The notes: a model not told the origin generated them from the letters alone. DNA of 64,000 bases from Candidatus Krumholzibacteriia bacterium (GCA_041484665.1 JBGPIA010000002.1:704001-768000), one strand, 5' to 3'. Numbered from the stretch's first letter, positions 1 to 11,608 are shown. Numbers and translations: made by a program.

Positions 1-405
1 GCCGGTGAAGTTGGTGACCAGCATGTGGGTCACGTTGTCGGAGTTCTCGAAGGTCAGAGCGACGGTCGCGTCGTACCCGGCCAGGGCCGGAATGTCACCG
101 GTCCTTACGGCGGAAAAGAAACCATCGGGCTGGATCGCGAAGGCGCTGAGGTCCACGGCCATCTCGACGACACCGCAGCCGCCCGCGGGGCTGTCACCGA
201 GCACGACGTACCAGACCCCGGTGAGCGCCTCGGCCGGCGTACCGGCCAGCTCGAAGTACTCGTCGGAATCGGTGCCGGGGTTGTCGGTGCGGATCTCGCT
301 GATGGTCACCGCGGCCGACGCGGCAGCGGCGAAGAGAAGCATCGCCCCCATCAGGGGCAAGACCCTGAGCCAGCGCTGGGCCAGGGTGGAAGGCATGAGG
401 ATCAT
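1..405 (-). CDS. Secreted protein with N-terminal lamin-tail-like domain (partial, runs off left edge)
   Basis: Manual minus-strand translation from ATG 405: MILMPSTLAQRWLRVLPLMGAMLLFAAAASAAVTISEIRTDNPGTDSDEYFELAG...TFENSDNVTHMLVTNFTG. Signal peptide and GGGGGAG RBS; open to the window edge. Confidence 0.7.
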   Translation of the reverse strand, partial: MILMPSTLAQRWLRVLPLMGAMLLFAAAASAAVTISEIRTDNPGTDSDEYFELAGTPAEALTGVWYVVLGDSPAGGCGVVEMAVDLSAFAIQPDGFFSAVRTGDIPALAGYDATVALTFENSDNVTHMLVTNFTG

Positions 406-649
406 GGGAGGCTCCCCCAACTCGCTAGAGGGTGGTCGGCAGTTGCAAGCCCTTGCCGATGCGACAACGCTGCATGCGGGGCACGCGTGTGGGCGGGGGT
501 CGGTCGGGCCGGGCCCCGGATCCAGCCGTCGGTCGCTGGCTGGAGCGACTGGAGTATAGTACGCGGCAACCAGCGGTGAAAGCGGCAGGACACGAAGCGA
601 CAGGCGTTCCCGAATACCGACGTCCCGGACCAAAAACGCTCGTGACAGC

Positions 650-2677
650 CTACCCGACGGGGGTTGTGTCCTTTGCGGAAGCACCCGCACCGGACTCCGA
701 TCCGGACGCTGCCGCAGGCGCGGCCACAGGCGCCGGCGAGGCCTCCTCCTCCACCCACTGCGGATGGTGGTGGCGCGCGTGTGCCGCGGGCATCGTGCCG
801 CGGAACATGGCGAAGCTCAGCGGGTAGATCTCCGGATGGGCGATGACGTAGAAGAAGTGGAACACCAGGATCGCCAGAGTCGCCAGCCATGCCTCGAACA
901 GATGAATGACCTGGCTCACCTTCACGATCCAGAACGGGAAGAGCGAGGTGGCCCACACCGGGAACCACAGCACGAACCCCGTGAGCGCCATGACGACGGT
1001 GCCCCACACCAGCGCCCAATATTCCGCCTTGGCGGGGTAATCGTACTTGGCGAAGGCCGCGGGCAGGTCGCTGCGGCCGAGGTGGAAGCGGAGATTCTGG
1101 CGCAGTTGGTCCCAATCGCGCAGCCGCGGCAGGATGCGGCGGATCTCCGCGCGGCCATAGGGCGTGAACAGCGCCCAGATCACGTGCTGCAACCCCGCTG
1201 CGATCATCACGAGCGCCGCGACGCGGTGGACCCAACGGCGCGTGGACTCGGTCAGCCCCAGCTGCAGGAAGAGCCGGCTCCACCACGTGTCGGGATAGGC
1301 CAGCATAAATCCGGTGAACACGAGGGTGAAGAAGCTGACGGTCAAGATCGCGTGCTGCGCCATCTGCGTGCGGCTGAAGCGCAGGCGCTCCGGCCCCGCG
1401 CGCTCGTCGCGCAGGCGGCGGCGCACGTGCCACGACAGGATGATCGCGTTGTGCGCGAGCATCCCGCCGATCACGGCGAACAGCAGCACCCAGTAGACGC
1501 GGCTCACCCAGCGCGCGATGACCACGTCCTGGGAGGCCTCGCCCGTGGCCTGGAAGTGCACCGGCCCCCGCGTGAACTGCACGCTCGCGCCGGGGTGGCA
1601 GCCGCCGCAGGTGGTCTGCAGGTTGGCCGCGGCCACGCGTGACCGCGGATCCGAGGACGGATAGATCGCGTGGATCCCGTGGCAGCTCGCGCAGTCGGCG
1701 ACCCGCTCGCTGCCGCGCTTGCTGGCCAGTCCGTGGTAGCTCCCGAAGTAGCTGGCGACACGCTGGTCCTTCACACCACGGGCGCTGGTGAGCGCGTCGC
1801 TGGCGTGGCAGGCGGGACACGTCGTACGCACCAGCCGCTCTTCGGCGGGCGTAGCGCCCGCGGCCGCCACCAACTTGATGGTGTGGATGCCGTGGCAGTC
1901 GGGGCAGGTGGGCGCCGCCGTCACGCCGCGCGCCGCGGCCAGCCCGTGCACCGAGCCGGAGAAGTCCGCAAACTCCTGCTTGTGGCAGAGGCCGCAGGTC
2001 GCGGGCACGTTGAACGGATTGATGGGCGAGGAAGGGTCCTTGGCCAGCTTGATGTCGTGCGATCCATGGCAGTCGGTGCACACTGCCGGCTTGGCGTTGG
2101 GATCCTCCAGCTTCAGCCCGTGCACGCTCTTCTGATAGTCGTCGAACGGCGCCGTGGTCAGACCGCCCGGTCCGACGATCGCGAGGTCCTGGTGGCAGCT
2201 ACCGCAGGTCTTGGGGATGTTGCGGAAGTAAACCCTGCTCTGCGCGTCGTCGACCGCGCGCACGTCGTGCACGCCGTGGCACTTGGCGCATGGATCCGCC
2301 GCCGGGAACGGCGAGCTGCCGTTGCGCTTGTCGCCGATGTGGCCGTGGACGCTTCCGGCGAAGGCCTTTGCGGCGTCCGCGTGGCAAGTGGAGCAGCGCG
2401 CAGGAGCCGCGTCTGGCGCGTGCGGGAAGTCACCCTTGCCCGCGTGGCAGTCGATGCAGCCCAGGCCCGCCGCGGCGTGGATCGAGGCGGCGAACGCCGC
2501 TGCATCCACGCGGTGCTGCGCGTCGAGGTCGACCACGTCGGCGCCGGCGCCGTGGCAGCCCAGGCAGTCATCGTTTCCGGCGGCCCGCGCGGGGGCAGCG
2601 CCGGTGCGCACCGCCCCCGCCAGGACGAGAACCAGGGTCACGACGCCGGGCAGGCCCGGATGCGGGAGGATTCTCAT
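650..2677 (-). CDS. CbcL-like multiheme cytochrome c (11 CxxCH) fused to a di-heme cytochrome b membrane domain
   Basis: Signal peptide, 11 CxxCH, then TM helices carrying His ligands (AQHAIL, VHRVAA..QHV, IHLFEAWLATLAILVFHF) and KYDYPAKAEYWALVWG. Start placed at ATG 2677. Confidence 0.85.
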   Translation of the reverse strand: MRILPHPGLPGVVTLVLVLAGAVRTGAAPARAAGNDDCLGCHGAGADVVDLDAQHRVDAAAFAASIHAAAGLGCIDCHAGKGDFPHAPDAAPARCSTCHADAAKAFAGSVHGHIGDKRNGSSPFPAADPCAKCHGVHDVRAVDDAQSRVYFRNIPKTCGSCHQDLAIVGPGGLTTAPFDDYQKSVHGLKLEDPNAKPAVCTDCHGSHDIKLAKDPSSPINPFNVPATCGLCHKQEFADFSGSVHGLAAARGVTAAPTCPDCHGIHTIKLVAAAGATPAEERLVRTTCPACHASDALTSARGVKDQRVASYFGSYHGLASKRGSERVADCASCHGIHAIYPSSDPRSRVAAANLQTTCGGCHPGASVQFTRGPVHFQATGEASQDVVIARWVSRVYWVLLFAVIGGMLAHNAIILSWHVRRRLRDERAGPERLRFSRTQMAQHAILTVSFFTLVFTGFMLAYPDTWWSRLFLQLGLTESTRRWVHRVAALVMIAAGLQHVIWALFTPYGRAEIRRILPRLRDWDQLRQNLRFHLGRSDLPAAFAKYDYPAKAEYWALVWGTVVMALTGFVLWFPVWATSLFPFWIVKVSQVIHLFEAWLATLAILVFHFFYVIAHPEIYPLSFAMFRGTMPAAHARHHHPQWVEEEASPAPVAAPAAASGSESGAGASAKDTTPVG

Positions 2678-2732
2678 GATGGTCCGGGCCCCGGCGAGCC
2701 CGAACGCCCACCGGATCGCGCGCCCGTCGTCC

Positions 2733-3329
2733 TCAGGACTTGGGCTTCGTCTCCGGCTTCGCCTCGGCCGCCTTCGGATACGGATGCGCAATCACCGCGC
2801 TCATCTTCGCGAAGTCGAAGGGCTTGTAGGTCGGGCTCTTCTCGTTGTGGCAGGTCTTGCAGGTGGCCTCGGTGGGCATCACCAGTCCGGCCGCGATCGC
2901 CTTCGCCTTGTCCTTCATCGTGCTGATATCCTTGTAGTCGGAGCCGGGGCCGTGGCAGCTCTCGCAGCCCACGCCATCTTCCTTCTTGAACTTGAGCCCG
3001 ATCAGCTCGGACTTCACCCCGCACGCGGTGACGTGGCAGGAGAGGCACTTCTCGCTCTGCTGGGGGTCGCCCGTCACTCCGGCCTTGGCCGCGACCTCCT
3101 TGGCCTTGGGGTCGGCCAGGACGGCGTAGGCCTTGGCGTGCGGGCTGGCGAGCCACTTGCCGTACTGATCGCCCTTGGCGGCCACCTTGTGGCACAGCTT
3201 GCACCCGTCGGTTCCGATGTAGGAGTGGTCCTTCTTCGCCGCCGGCGGCGGCGCCTGAGCGAAGGCGGCAGGCACGGCAATCAGCGTGCACAGGAGCAGG
3301 GCCAGCGCGGCGAGCGCGATCTTCCTCAT
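2733..3329 (-). CDS. Periplasmic tetraheme cytochrome c (c554-like)
   Basis: Signal peptide; YIGTDGCKLCH, CLSCH, GVGCESCHGPGS, CKTCH. Confidence 0.85.
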   Translation of the reverse strand: MRKIALAALALLLCTLIAVPAAFAQAPPPAAKKDHSYIGTDGCKLCHKVAAKGDQYGKWLASPHAKAYAVLADPKAKEVAAKAGVTGDPQQSEKCLSCHVTACGVKSELIGLKFKKEDGVGCESCHGPGSDYKDISTMKDKAKAIAAGLVMPTEATCKTCHNEKSPTYKPFDFAKMSAVIAHPYPKAAEAKPETKPKS

Positions 3330-3469
3330 GGTTCTCTACCTTCCTGCTGGACATCCCATCCCGGTGCCTCGCGCCGGGCGCGCGGGCGGGCCGGGACACC
3401 ACATTCCCACCCCCAAAGATTCGACCTGCGCCCCGGCTTTGCAAGTAAAGCTTGGGGAGCGCGTAACCC

Positions 3470-4084
3470 TCAACCGTCGTTGGGGTTGGAGGCGCGCAGC
3501 GAGCGGACCGCCCCGGCGCAGCTGCCACAGAACGCATCAGGCTTGAGGTCGACCTCCTCCACCACCGTGGAGAATCGCATCACGCAATCCAGCGCGCGGC
3601 AGTGGTGCAAGCCGAGCAGATGGCCCACCTCGTGGAGCGCCTCGCGGCGGGCGCGGCCCCGCAGCAGGGCATCGTCGGGCGGCAGCCCGTAGAAGGAGGG
3701 ACGCAGTCGTTGCAGCGAGAACAGCGCGGCGTTGCCGGCCGGGCGCGCCTCGCCGAACACGTGGGTGAACACCGAGGAGTACAGATCGAGGTCGGCCACG
3801 CCCAGCGCCGCGAACCGCAGTACGGTAGGCTGCTGCGCGGCGGCGCCCAGCGCCCCGGGCTGCAGCGCGGTGGGCTGCTGCGCGGCGGCGGCGCGCTGCT
3901 CGAGCTGTACCAGCAGCTTGCGCGCATCCAGTTGGCGCCGCGCAGCCACGTACGCCAAAGCGGGATCCACCACGTCCAAGGCGACGCTGCAGGGGCGCCC
4001 GATGCTCTGCGCAAGGAACGCGGCGAGGTGGGCCAGGATCTCCCGCGGCGCTTCGCCGATGGCGATCAGCGACAGCCGCTCCAC
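3470..4084 (-). CDS. Archaemetzincin (peptidase M54) family Zn metalloprotease
   Basis: HEVGHLLGLHHC...CVMRFS...DLKPDAFCGSC (HExxHxxGxxH plus Cys4 site). Confidence 0.85.
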   Translation of the reverse strand: MERLSLIAIGEAPREILAHLAAFLAQSIGRPCSVALDVVDPALAYVAARRQLDARKLLVQLEQRAAAAQQPTALQPGALGAAAQQPTVLRFAALGVADLDLYSSVFTHVFGEARPAGNAALFSLQRLRPSFYGLPPDDALLRGRARREALHEVGHLLGLHHCRALDCVMRFSTVVEEVDLKPDAFCGSCAGAVRSLRASNPNDG

Positions 4085-4087
4085 GGC

Positions 4088-5449
<1,362 letters not shown>

Positions 5450-5452
5450 GCC

Positions 5453-7282
5453 TCATCCCCTTGATACCGGCGTGCCCGAGAGCGCCTGTGCGGTCGATTC
5501 CGCCTGCAGTGCCGGCGTGACCGGCAACTCGATCCAGAAGGTCGTCCCCCGTGCGACCTCCGACCTGAAGTCGACCCGCCCCTGATGCCGCTGCACGATC
5601 CCGTACAGCACCGAGAGGCCCAGGCCCGTGCCTTGGCCGTGGGCCTTGGTGGAGAAGAAGGGCTCGAAGATGCGTTCGCGGAGCTCGGCCGGGATCCCTA
5701 CGCCAGTGTCGGCCACCTCGACGCGCACCCATGAGCCATCGCGCAGCCGCTGCGTGCTCACCGTGAGCGAGCCGCCGTCGGGCATGGCCTCGATTGCGTT
5801 CATGATCATCGCCACCATGGCCTGCTCGACCTGACCGGCATCGCAGATTACCGGCGGCAGCTCCGCATCGAGCTGCGTGGCCACCGCAATCTCCTGCAGC
5901 TCCACCTGGTGATTGAGCAGCTTCAGGCTGCGCCGGACGATCTCGTTGACGTCCTCCGGCGACGCGGACAGGTCGCGGCGCCTGGAGAACAGCAGCAGGT
6001 TGCGCACGATGTCCCCGCAGCGGGCCGCCTCGCGCTCGATCATGACCAAGGTCTCGGCGAGCTCCTGCTCGGCCGCCGAGGCCGCGGGCGGCGACGCCGG
6101 GGGCGGGCTCCCCGGTGCGGTCGCGGCCGGCAGCGCCGCGCCAGGCACCGCGGCGGGTGGCAGTACGGCGAGCGCCCCGCTGACCGGATCGCGGCCGCAG
6201 ACGCGAGGCAGCTTGCGCCGCACGAGCTTGGCGGACACGAGGATGCCGGCCAGCGGGTTGTTGATCTCGTGGGCAACGATCGCGGCCAGCTTGCCCAACG
6301 ATGCCATCTTCTCCGCGAACACCATCTGGTCGCGGGCGCGCTCGAGCTCGTGCGTCTTCTGCGCGACGCGCTCCTCGAGCGTGTGGCTCCACTGGTCCAG
6401 CTCGGCACGGGCGTGCTCGAGGCTCTCGGCCATCTCGTTGAACGAGCGCGAGAGCTCCTGCAGCTCGCCGGTGGCCACCGCCGGGATGCGATGCGAGAGG
6501 TCACCGCGCGCGAGCTGGCGGGTGCCGCGCAGCAGCGCGGCGATCGGCGGATCGACCACGCGCCACGCGATCAGCCCGACGCTGGCGCAGATCAGCACTA
6601 TGCTCAGCAGCACCAGCAGGGCCATCTGCCGCCCCGCGCTGGTCATGGCCGCGTCCAGCTGCGCCATAGAGAGCTCCACGTCCAACAGCCCCAGCACGCG
6701 CTGACTGGCGGGGTGCATGTGGCAACCCGCCGACGAGCACTCCGGCCGGTTGAGCACCGGCACGGCCAGCCCCAGCGCCTGCGCGCCGCTGGGCAGCGGG
6801 TAGAACGACAGCCCTTCGCGCAGCGTGGCCGGTGCGCGCGGCGTGCCGCCCTGGTGGCAGGAGCGGCAGGCGGGGGCGCTGACGTCGGCGACGCGTCCCA
6901 CCTCGCCCGGGCGGCTCGAGTAGCTGACGGTGCCGCTCGCGTTCACGAGTCTTACCGCCAGGACGCGGTCGCGGCCGCCGATGATCTCGATGATCTGCCG
7001 CAGGTGCTCGCGGTCGTTCTCCAGCATGGACGCGTGCGTGCTGGCGAGGATCGTCTCACCCATGCCCATGGCGGTCTGCTCGAGGGTCTGGACCAGGTGC
7101 TGCCGATGCAGGCGCAGCGTCAGGAAGCCGGTGGCGCCCAGCAGCGCCACGAGGCTGCCGCTGAGCAGCAGGACGAGCCGCCAGGCGAGACTGCGGCGGA
7201 TCGGCAGGAGCCACACCACGAGCCCTGCGCGGCGCGGGGGGCGCGGGAGGGCGCCGCTGGGCCGATCCGGGCGAGTCGCCAT
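5453..7282 (-). CDS. Sensor histidine kinase with periplasmic heme-c motifs, HAMP, HisKA and HATPase
   Basis: Two TM helices flank CRSCH and [16 protein letters not shown]-box; N, G1, F and G2 boxes ([20 protein letters not shown]). Confidence 0.9.
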   Translation of the reverse strand: MATRPDRPSGALPRPPRRAGLVVWLLPIRRSLAWRLVLLLSGSLVALLGATGFLTLRLHRQHLVQTLEQTAMGMGETILASTHASMLENDREHLRQIIEIIGGRDRVLAVRLVNASGTVSYSSRPGEVGRVADVSAPACRSCHQGGTPRAPATLREGLSFYPLPSGAQALGLAVPVLNRPECSSAGCHMHPASQRVLGLLDVELSMAQLDAAMTSAGRQMALLVLLSIVLICASVGLIAWRVVDPPIAALLRGTRQLARGDLSHRIPAVATGELQELSRSFNEMAESLEHARAELDQWSHTLEERVAQKTHELERARDQMVFAEKMASLGKLAAIVAHEINNPLAGILVSAKLVRRKLPRVCGRDPVSGALAVLPPAAVPGAALPAATAPGSPPPASPPAASAAEQELAETLVMIEREAARCGDIVRNLLLFSRRRDLSASPEDVNEIVRRSLKLLNHQVELQEIAVATQLDAELPPVICDAGQVEQAMVAMIMNAIEAMPDGGSLTVSTQRLRDGSWVRVEVADTGVGIPAELRERIFEPFFSTKAHGQGTGLGLSVLYGIVQRHQGRVDFRSEVARGTTFWIELPVTPALQAESTAQALSGTPVSRG

Positions 7283-7600
7283 GGCACCGTCCCTCCGATT
7301 CTGTGATCCGCCGGGCCGACCGGCGGCAGCGCACGCGACCGGCGCTCGCGTGCCCGGCCGCGCCGCTGCAACAGGCGCCGGCGCCTCGAATCTAGGGCGT
7401 GCGCATGGCGCGTCCAAACCGCCTGTGTGCCCTGCTATGACCGCCGGATCCGCCCGGTCGATGTTGTGGGGCGCACTGGCGGGCGGGCCGGTGCGCCGGG
7501 TGGTCGCCGCACCCTCCCCAGGACGGCGCAACCCCGGGCGCTCTGGCGCAAGGGCGCCGCACCCGGGGCGCAACGATGGGAAGAAAGCCCGGCGCGCCGA

Positions 7601-8920
7601 TCAGACCATCGGCGTCTCGGGGCGGGCCAGCGCGGCCGCGGACGCTGCCACGGGCGGCGAGGCCGGCACCGCAGCGGCGCCCACGTGCCTCTGCCACGCG
7701 ATCTCCTGCGCCCAGAGCCATTCGCGCTGCTGCTGCTCGTCCGCCGCGGCCTCGAACACGGGCAGGAACCGCCCAGCCAGGTTGAACAGGGTCACGCCGA
7801 TGGTGATCAGCATGAGGGTGATCGCCACCTCGGTCCAGGCCGGCACGTAGGTGACGCCGCTCATCGCCTCGAAACCGGTGATCGAAACGTCGAGGCGGTA
7901 CACAATGAAACCCAGGATCAAGAGCTGCGCCGACCGGTACATCCAGCGCGCGTTGCCGCGGATGCGCGGGGAGGCCAGCAGGATCATGGGCACGAGGAAG
8001 CCCACGATTACCTCGACCAGGAAGAACACCCCCGCACGGTTCAGCGGCCACAGGCTGCGCAGGGCGCCGCGGTAGATCAGGTCCAGGAAGCGGATGCTCA
8101 GGAACACGCCCGCCATCACGGCGGCGCCGCGCGCGGCCCCCCGCAGCACTTCCATCTCGATGTAGCGCCCGAACGCGCGCGCGCTGAGGTTCGACTCCAC
8201 GATGACCATGGCCAGGCCGGCCGCCACGGCCGAGGTGAAGAACAAGACCGGCAGGAGCATGGAGTACCACAGCGGGTGCAGCCGCCCGGGCATGATCAGG
8301 AACAGGCTCCCCAGCGACGACTGGTGCAGCATGGACAGCAGCACGGCCATGATCGTGAGCGGGAAGGTGAGCAGATGCGCGATGCGCGTGGCGCGCGGCC
8401 AACGCAATCGCTCGAACACCATCGCGGACACCTCCGCCGCCAGCACGATGGTGTACAGCGTGACGCACCACGCTACCTCGAACATCACCGAGTGGGGGTT
8501 CCACATCACCAACGGGTGCCAGATGTTCCAGGGCCGTCCCAGATCGAACATCAGCCCGCCGATCACCAGCAGGTATCCGATGAAGGCCGTGAGTACGGCG
8601 GGACGGGCCAGGGCCTTGTAACGCTCCAGCCGGAACACGTAGACCATCGCGCTAAGCGTGAAGCCGCCCGCGGCCAGGCCCACACCGCACAGCACGTCGA
8701 ATCCGATCCACAGCCCCCACGGGAAGGCGTCGGACAGGTGCGTGCTGCCGGCCAGCCCGCGCGTGAAGCGCAGGACCCCCGAGTACAGCCCCGCGCTCAA
8801 GCAGATTAGGCCAAGGACCCGCCACGGCTGCAGCAGCGCGCGCAGCATGGCGCGGCTTCGTGGGGGCGCGGATCCCTGCGGCTTTCGGGCCGCGACTTCG
8901 TTCCCATCCCAGCGGGTCAT
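7601..8920 (-). CDS. NrfD/PsrC/HybB-family integral membrane quinol-interacting subunit
   Basis: PWGLWIGFDVLCGVGLAAGGF, DLGRPW, SVMFEVAWC, LHQSSLG; about 10 TM helices. Confidence 0.9.
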   Translation of the reverse strand: MTRWDGNEVAARKPQGSAPPRSRAMLRALLQPWRVLGLICLSAGLYSGVLRFTRGLAGSTHLSDAFPWGLWIGFDVLCGVGLAAGGFTLSAMVYVFRLERYKALARPAVLTAFIGYLLVIGGLMFDLGRPWNIWHPLVMWNPHSVMFEVAWCVTLYTIVLAAEVSAMVFERLRWPRATRIAHLLTFPLTIMAVLLSMLHQSSLGSLFLIMPGRLHPLWYSMLLPVLFFTSAVAAGLAMVIVESNLSARAFGRYIEMEVLRGAARGAAVMAGVFLSIRFLDLIYRGALRSLWPLNRAGVFFLVEVIVGFLVPMILLASPRIRGNARWMYRSAQLLILGFIVYRLDVSITGFEAMSGVTYVPAWTEVAITLMLITIGVTLFNLAGRFLPVFEAAADEQQQREWLWAQEIAWQRHVGAAAVPASPPVAASAAALARPETPMV

Positions 8921-8922
8921 GG

Positions 8923-9711
8923 CTACTTCTCCTCCTGGCCCTGGTGGTCGCCTGTGGCCGGAGCTGTGTCGCCATCCACGACAACCGCCTCCCGGCGCAG
9001 CGTCATGCGGCGATTGATGACCCAGCTCACACCCAGCATCCCCGCGCCCACCACCGTGACCACCGTAGGGATCTGCGAGAGCACCTTCCACGTGCGCTGC
9101 GGCAACGACTCCAGCGGCACGTTCGTGGGCAGAACGCTCGCCAGCACCACCTGGGGTCCGATGTAGAGCACGCAGGCACCGCCCGCCTCCTCCAGGCCGT
9201 AGACCTTAGCAGCGTACTTCTTTGGCTCGGCGGCGATACGACGCCACGCCTCGGCGATCAGCTGTGTGCGCTCTCCGAAGCTGGTCGCGCCGGTGGGGCA
9301 CGCTTCCGCGCAGGCCGTGGGCTTGCCCTGCAGGACGCGCTCGGGGCACATGCGGCACTTCTGCACGCGCGGCGTGATCGAGCTCCACTCGTAGCGCGGG
9401 ATCTTGTACGGGCACGCCACCATGCAGTAGCGGCAGCCGATGCACTTGGCGGCGTCGTAGACGACCGGGCCCTCTTCCATCTTCTTCAGCGCGCCCACCG
9501 GGCACGCCGACGCGCAGCTGGGGTGCAGGCAGTGCATGCACATCCGCCGCACCCAGGTGTCGTCGCCGTGCTGCTCCAGCACCGTGTAGTCGGTGGCCGA
9601 CAGGCGGTCGGCGCGCGAGTCGGGGAGCTTGTTCTCCTGCTTGCACGCCTGGACGCACGCGCCGCACCCCACGCACAGGTTGACGTCGATCAACATCGCG
9701 TACATGGCCAT
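8923..9711 (-). CDS. 4Fe-4S ferredoxin subunit (HybA/NrfC/FdnH family) with C-terminal TM anchor
   Basis: CVGCGACVQAC, CMHCLHPSCASACP, CIGCRYCMVACP, KCRMC...CAEACP. Confidence 0.9.
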   Translation of the reverse strand: MAMYAMLIDVNLCVGCGACVQACKQENKLPDSRADRLSATDYTVLEQHGDDTWVRRMCMHCLHPSCASACPVGALKKMEEGPVVYDAAKCIGCRYCMVACPYKIPRYEWSSITPRVQKCRMCPERVLQGKPTACAEACPTGATSFGERTQLIAEAWRRIAAEPKKYAAKVYGLEEAGGACVLYIGPQVVLASVLPTNVPLESLPQRTWKVLSQIPTVVTVVGAGMLGVSWVINRRMTLRREAVVVDGDTAPATGDHQGQEEK

Positions 9712-9723
9712 TGCCCCCTCCGC

Positions 9724-10410
9724 CTACTGGCGGTCCGCATCCTGCAGGAGGAACTCGTCGACCAGAGACTTCCATTCCTGCTTCCCGAGGTGCTCGGCCA
9801 GATCGCTCGCCAGCACCCCCCCATCCTGGAACACGCTGCCGGTGGCCAGCATCAGCCGGTGCTGGAAGCGCTCGCGCACGTCCTCGGTCCAACGGCGTGC
9901 CAGCGAGCCCGCGAGCAGGTTGGGCAGCTCCTCGAACAGGTGTGCGGAGCGGATCTTGAACAGCCAGCCGCGGCCGTATCCGTCCTCGGACAGCAGATCG
10001 GGCTGGCCCTTCAGCCGCTTGTTGACCGCCACGACCTCGCCGCTGATGGGTGCGAGCAACCGCGCCTGCTGGCCGTCGCGGCGGACGGCCACCGCCGCCT
10101 GGCCCTGGCGCACGTACGCGCCCACGGGCGGCGCTGCCACCTTGACCTCGCGACCGAGCAGCCGGCGGGCGAAATCGTCGAGCCCGACGTAGGCCGTATC
10201 CGGGCCGACCTGGTGGACCCAGGCGTGCCCCTGGTGGAACCGCAGCATGGGCGGCAGCTCGAAGCCGGCGACCCAAAGCGGAGGAGTGTCCTTGATCCCC
10301 TCGTGGAGTGCCTCGCCCTCGGCCGCCAGCAGTTTGCGGTGGCGCCGTTCGAGCGAGGCGTCCACGGCGATGAACGCGATGAACATGATAGCGACCAGTA
10401 GGACGACCAT
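9724..10410 (-). CDS. Membrane-anchored glycine cleavage H-like protein lacking the lipoyl-lysine
   Basis: N-terminal TM helix; FHQGHAWV, VGLDDFA, APISGEVVAVN, DGYGRGWL. The hairpin reads VRRDGQQ in place of VESVKA. Confidence 0.8.
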   Translation of the reverse strand: MVVLLVAIMFIAFIAVDASLERRHRKLLAAEGEALHEGIKDTPPLWVAGFELPPMLRFHQGHAWVHQVGPDTAYVGLDDFARRLLGREVKVAAPPVGAYVRQGQAAVAVRRDGQQARLLAPISGEVVAVNKRLKGQPDLLSEDGYGRGWLFKIRSAHLFEELPNLLAGSLARRWTEDVRERFQHRLMLATGSVFQDGGVLASDLAEHLGKQEWKSLVDEFLLQDADRQ

Positions 10411-10487
10411 TGTGCTCACCTCCGGTAGCGCGCGCCGCGTGCAGCTTGTGGACTCCCGCACGCGTCCCGCGCGCACTGTTCCGCAAG

Positions 10488-10502
10488 GCATCACCCGTGC
10501 CG
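10488..10502 (-). promoter_or_regulatory. Putative sigma-54 (-24/-12) promoter of the gcvH-like/hybAB operon
   Basis: Minus strand CGGCACGGGTGATGC = GG-N10-GC, about 78 bp upstream of ATG 10410. Confidence 0.55.
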
Positions 10503-10928
10503 TGCCCCGCACGCACGCGCGCGCAGCGGCGCGCGGCCTCGCAACTCCAAGCGTTCGCGCTGGTTGTACGCGCGCGCCGTGAAGCTCGCTGCTGCGGACG
10601 TCCGCAGTCGCGTCGAGCGTGATCGTTGACGAGCTCTACACCCGGCGCGCGCCGCGCAAGCACGGGGCGCGTGAAGCGGCGCTGCGGCAATTGGTTGGAG
10701 GCGCTGCTGCGATCCTCCACACGAGTGTGGAGAAGCTCGACGACGCGACGATGCTCGCGGACGCTGAAGGCTGCGTCAGACGGTGGGAGATGATGGAAGG
10801 TGGTGGACGGAAGTGGAAGGTGGTGGCCAACGCGACCGGCTGCGCCCGTGGGGGGTGCGGGGCGAGCGGACGGCGGCGGGTCACACGACCCGCCGCGCCC
10901 TCGACGCGAGGATTCCTGGACTGTCTTG

Positions 10929-11594
10929 CTACAGGTGGCAGTCGCCGCAGCCGACGCCGCTTGTCCCGCCGCTGAGGCCAAACCCGTGGCAGCGGGTGCA
11001 CTGGTCGACGCCCGAGGTCAGCACGAGGAGACCGTGGAAGCTGGAGCTGCGCGGGTTCAACCACCCATCGGGATGGCCGCTGGGGCCGCCGCTGTGGCAT
11101 TCGAAGCACGACCGCGCGCTCCAACCGCCGCGGTAGTCGCTGCCGTGGCACGCCTTGCACGGCGTCGGGCCCGTCGTCTCGACCGTCTTGCCGTGGAAGT
11201 TCGCCGCACCGCGTTGCGCCCAGCCGCCCGGGTGGCCTCCCGGCCCGTCATGGCAGCCAAAGCAGCTGGGAACGGTCGTGGTACCCTCGTAGTTGGTCCC
11301 GTGGCAGCCGACGCACGTGGTGGGGCCGCTGGCCAGCACCCGCGTGCCGTGGAAATCGACCGACGCGGGCGCGTTCCACTGCGCCGGATGGGCCTGCACG
11401 CCCGTGTCCTGCGCCGCCCTCCGGTCGGCGCATCCCGCCACCACGAGCACCACTGCGGCCACCGCCAGCGCAGCGACCGACGCGAACGGCGCGAACGGCG
11501 CGCGCGCCACGCCAGGCCGGCGCCGCGACGGCGCGCGTTCCCAGGCTCGCGCTTGCGGCTCCTTGCGTGCGCGACCTCTACCCGCTGCGTGCAT
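10929..11594 (-). CDS. Hexaheme cytochrome c lipoprotein
   Basis: GGGAGG RBS; lipobox VVAGC; 6 CxxCH in three HPxxW...FHG...CxxCHG repeats. Confidence 0.8.
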   Translation of the reverse strand: MHAAGRGRARKEPQARAWERAPSRRRPGVARAPFAPFASVAALAVAAVVLVVAGCADRRAAQDTGVQAHPAQWNAPASVDFHGTRVLASGPTTCVGCHGTNYEGTTTVPSCFGCHDGPGGHPGGWAQRGAANFHGKTVETTGPTPCKACHGSDYRGGWSARSCFECHSGGPSGHPDGWLNPRSSSFHGLLVLTSGVDQCTRCHGFGLSGGTSGVGCGDCHL

Positions 11595-11608
11595 GGTGAC
11601 GACCTCCC

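Noticed and set aside
7601..9711. Calling the locus a hydrogenase-2 or formate dehydrogenase operon
   Set aside because: No NiFe large or small subunit and no molybdopterin subunit in the window.
10619..10975. Possible small plus-strand gene between the two minus-strand operons
   Set aside because: No RBS or recognisable motif, and it runs through a simple repeat.
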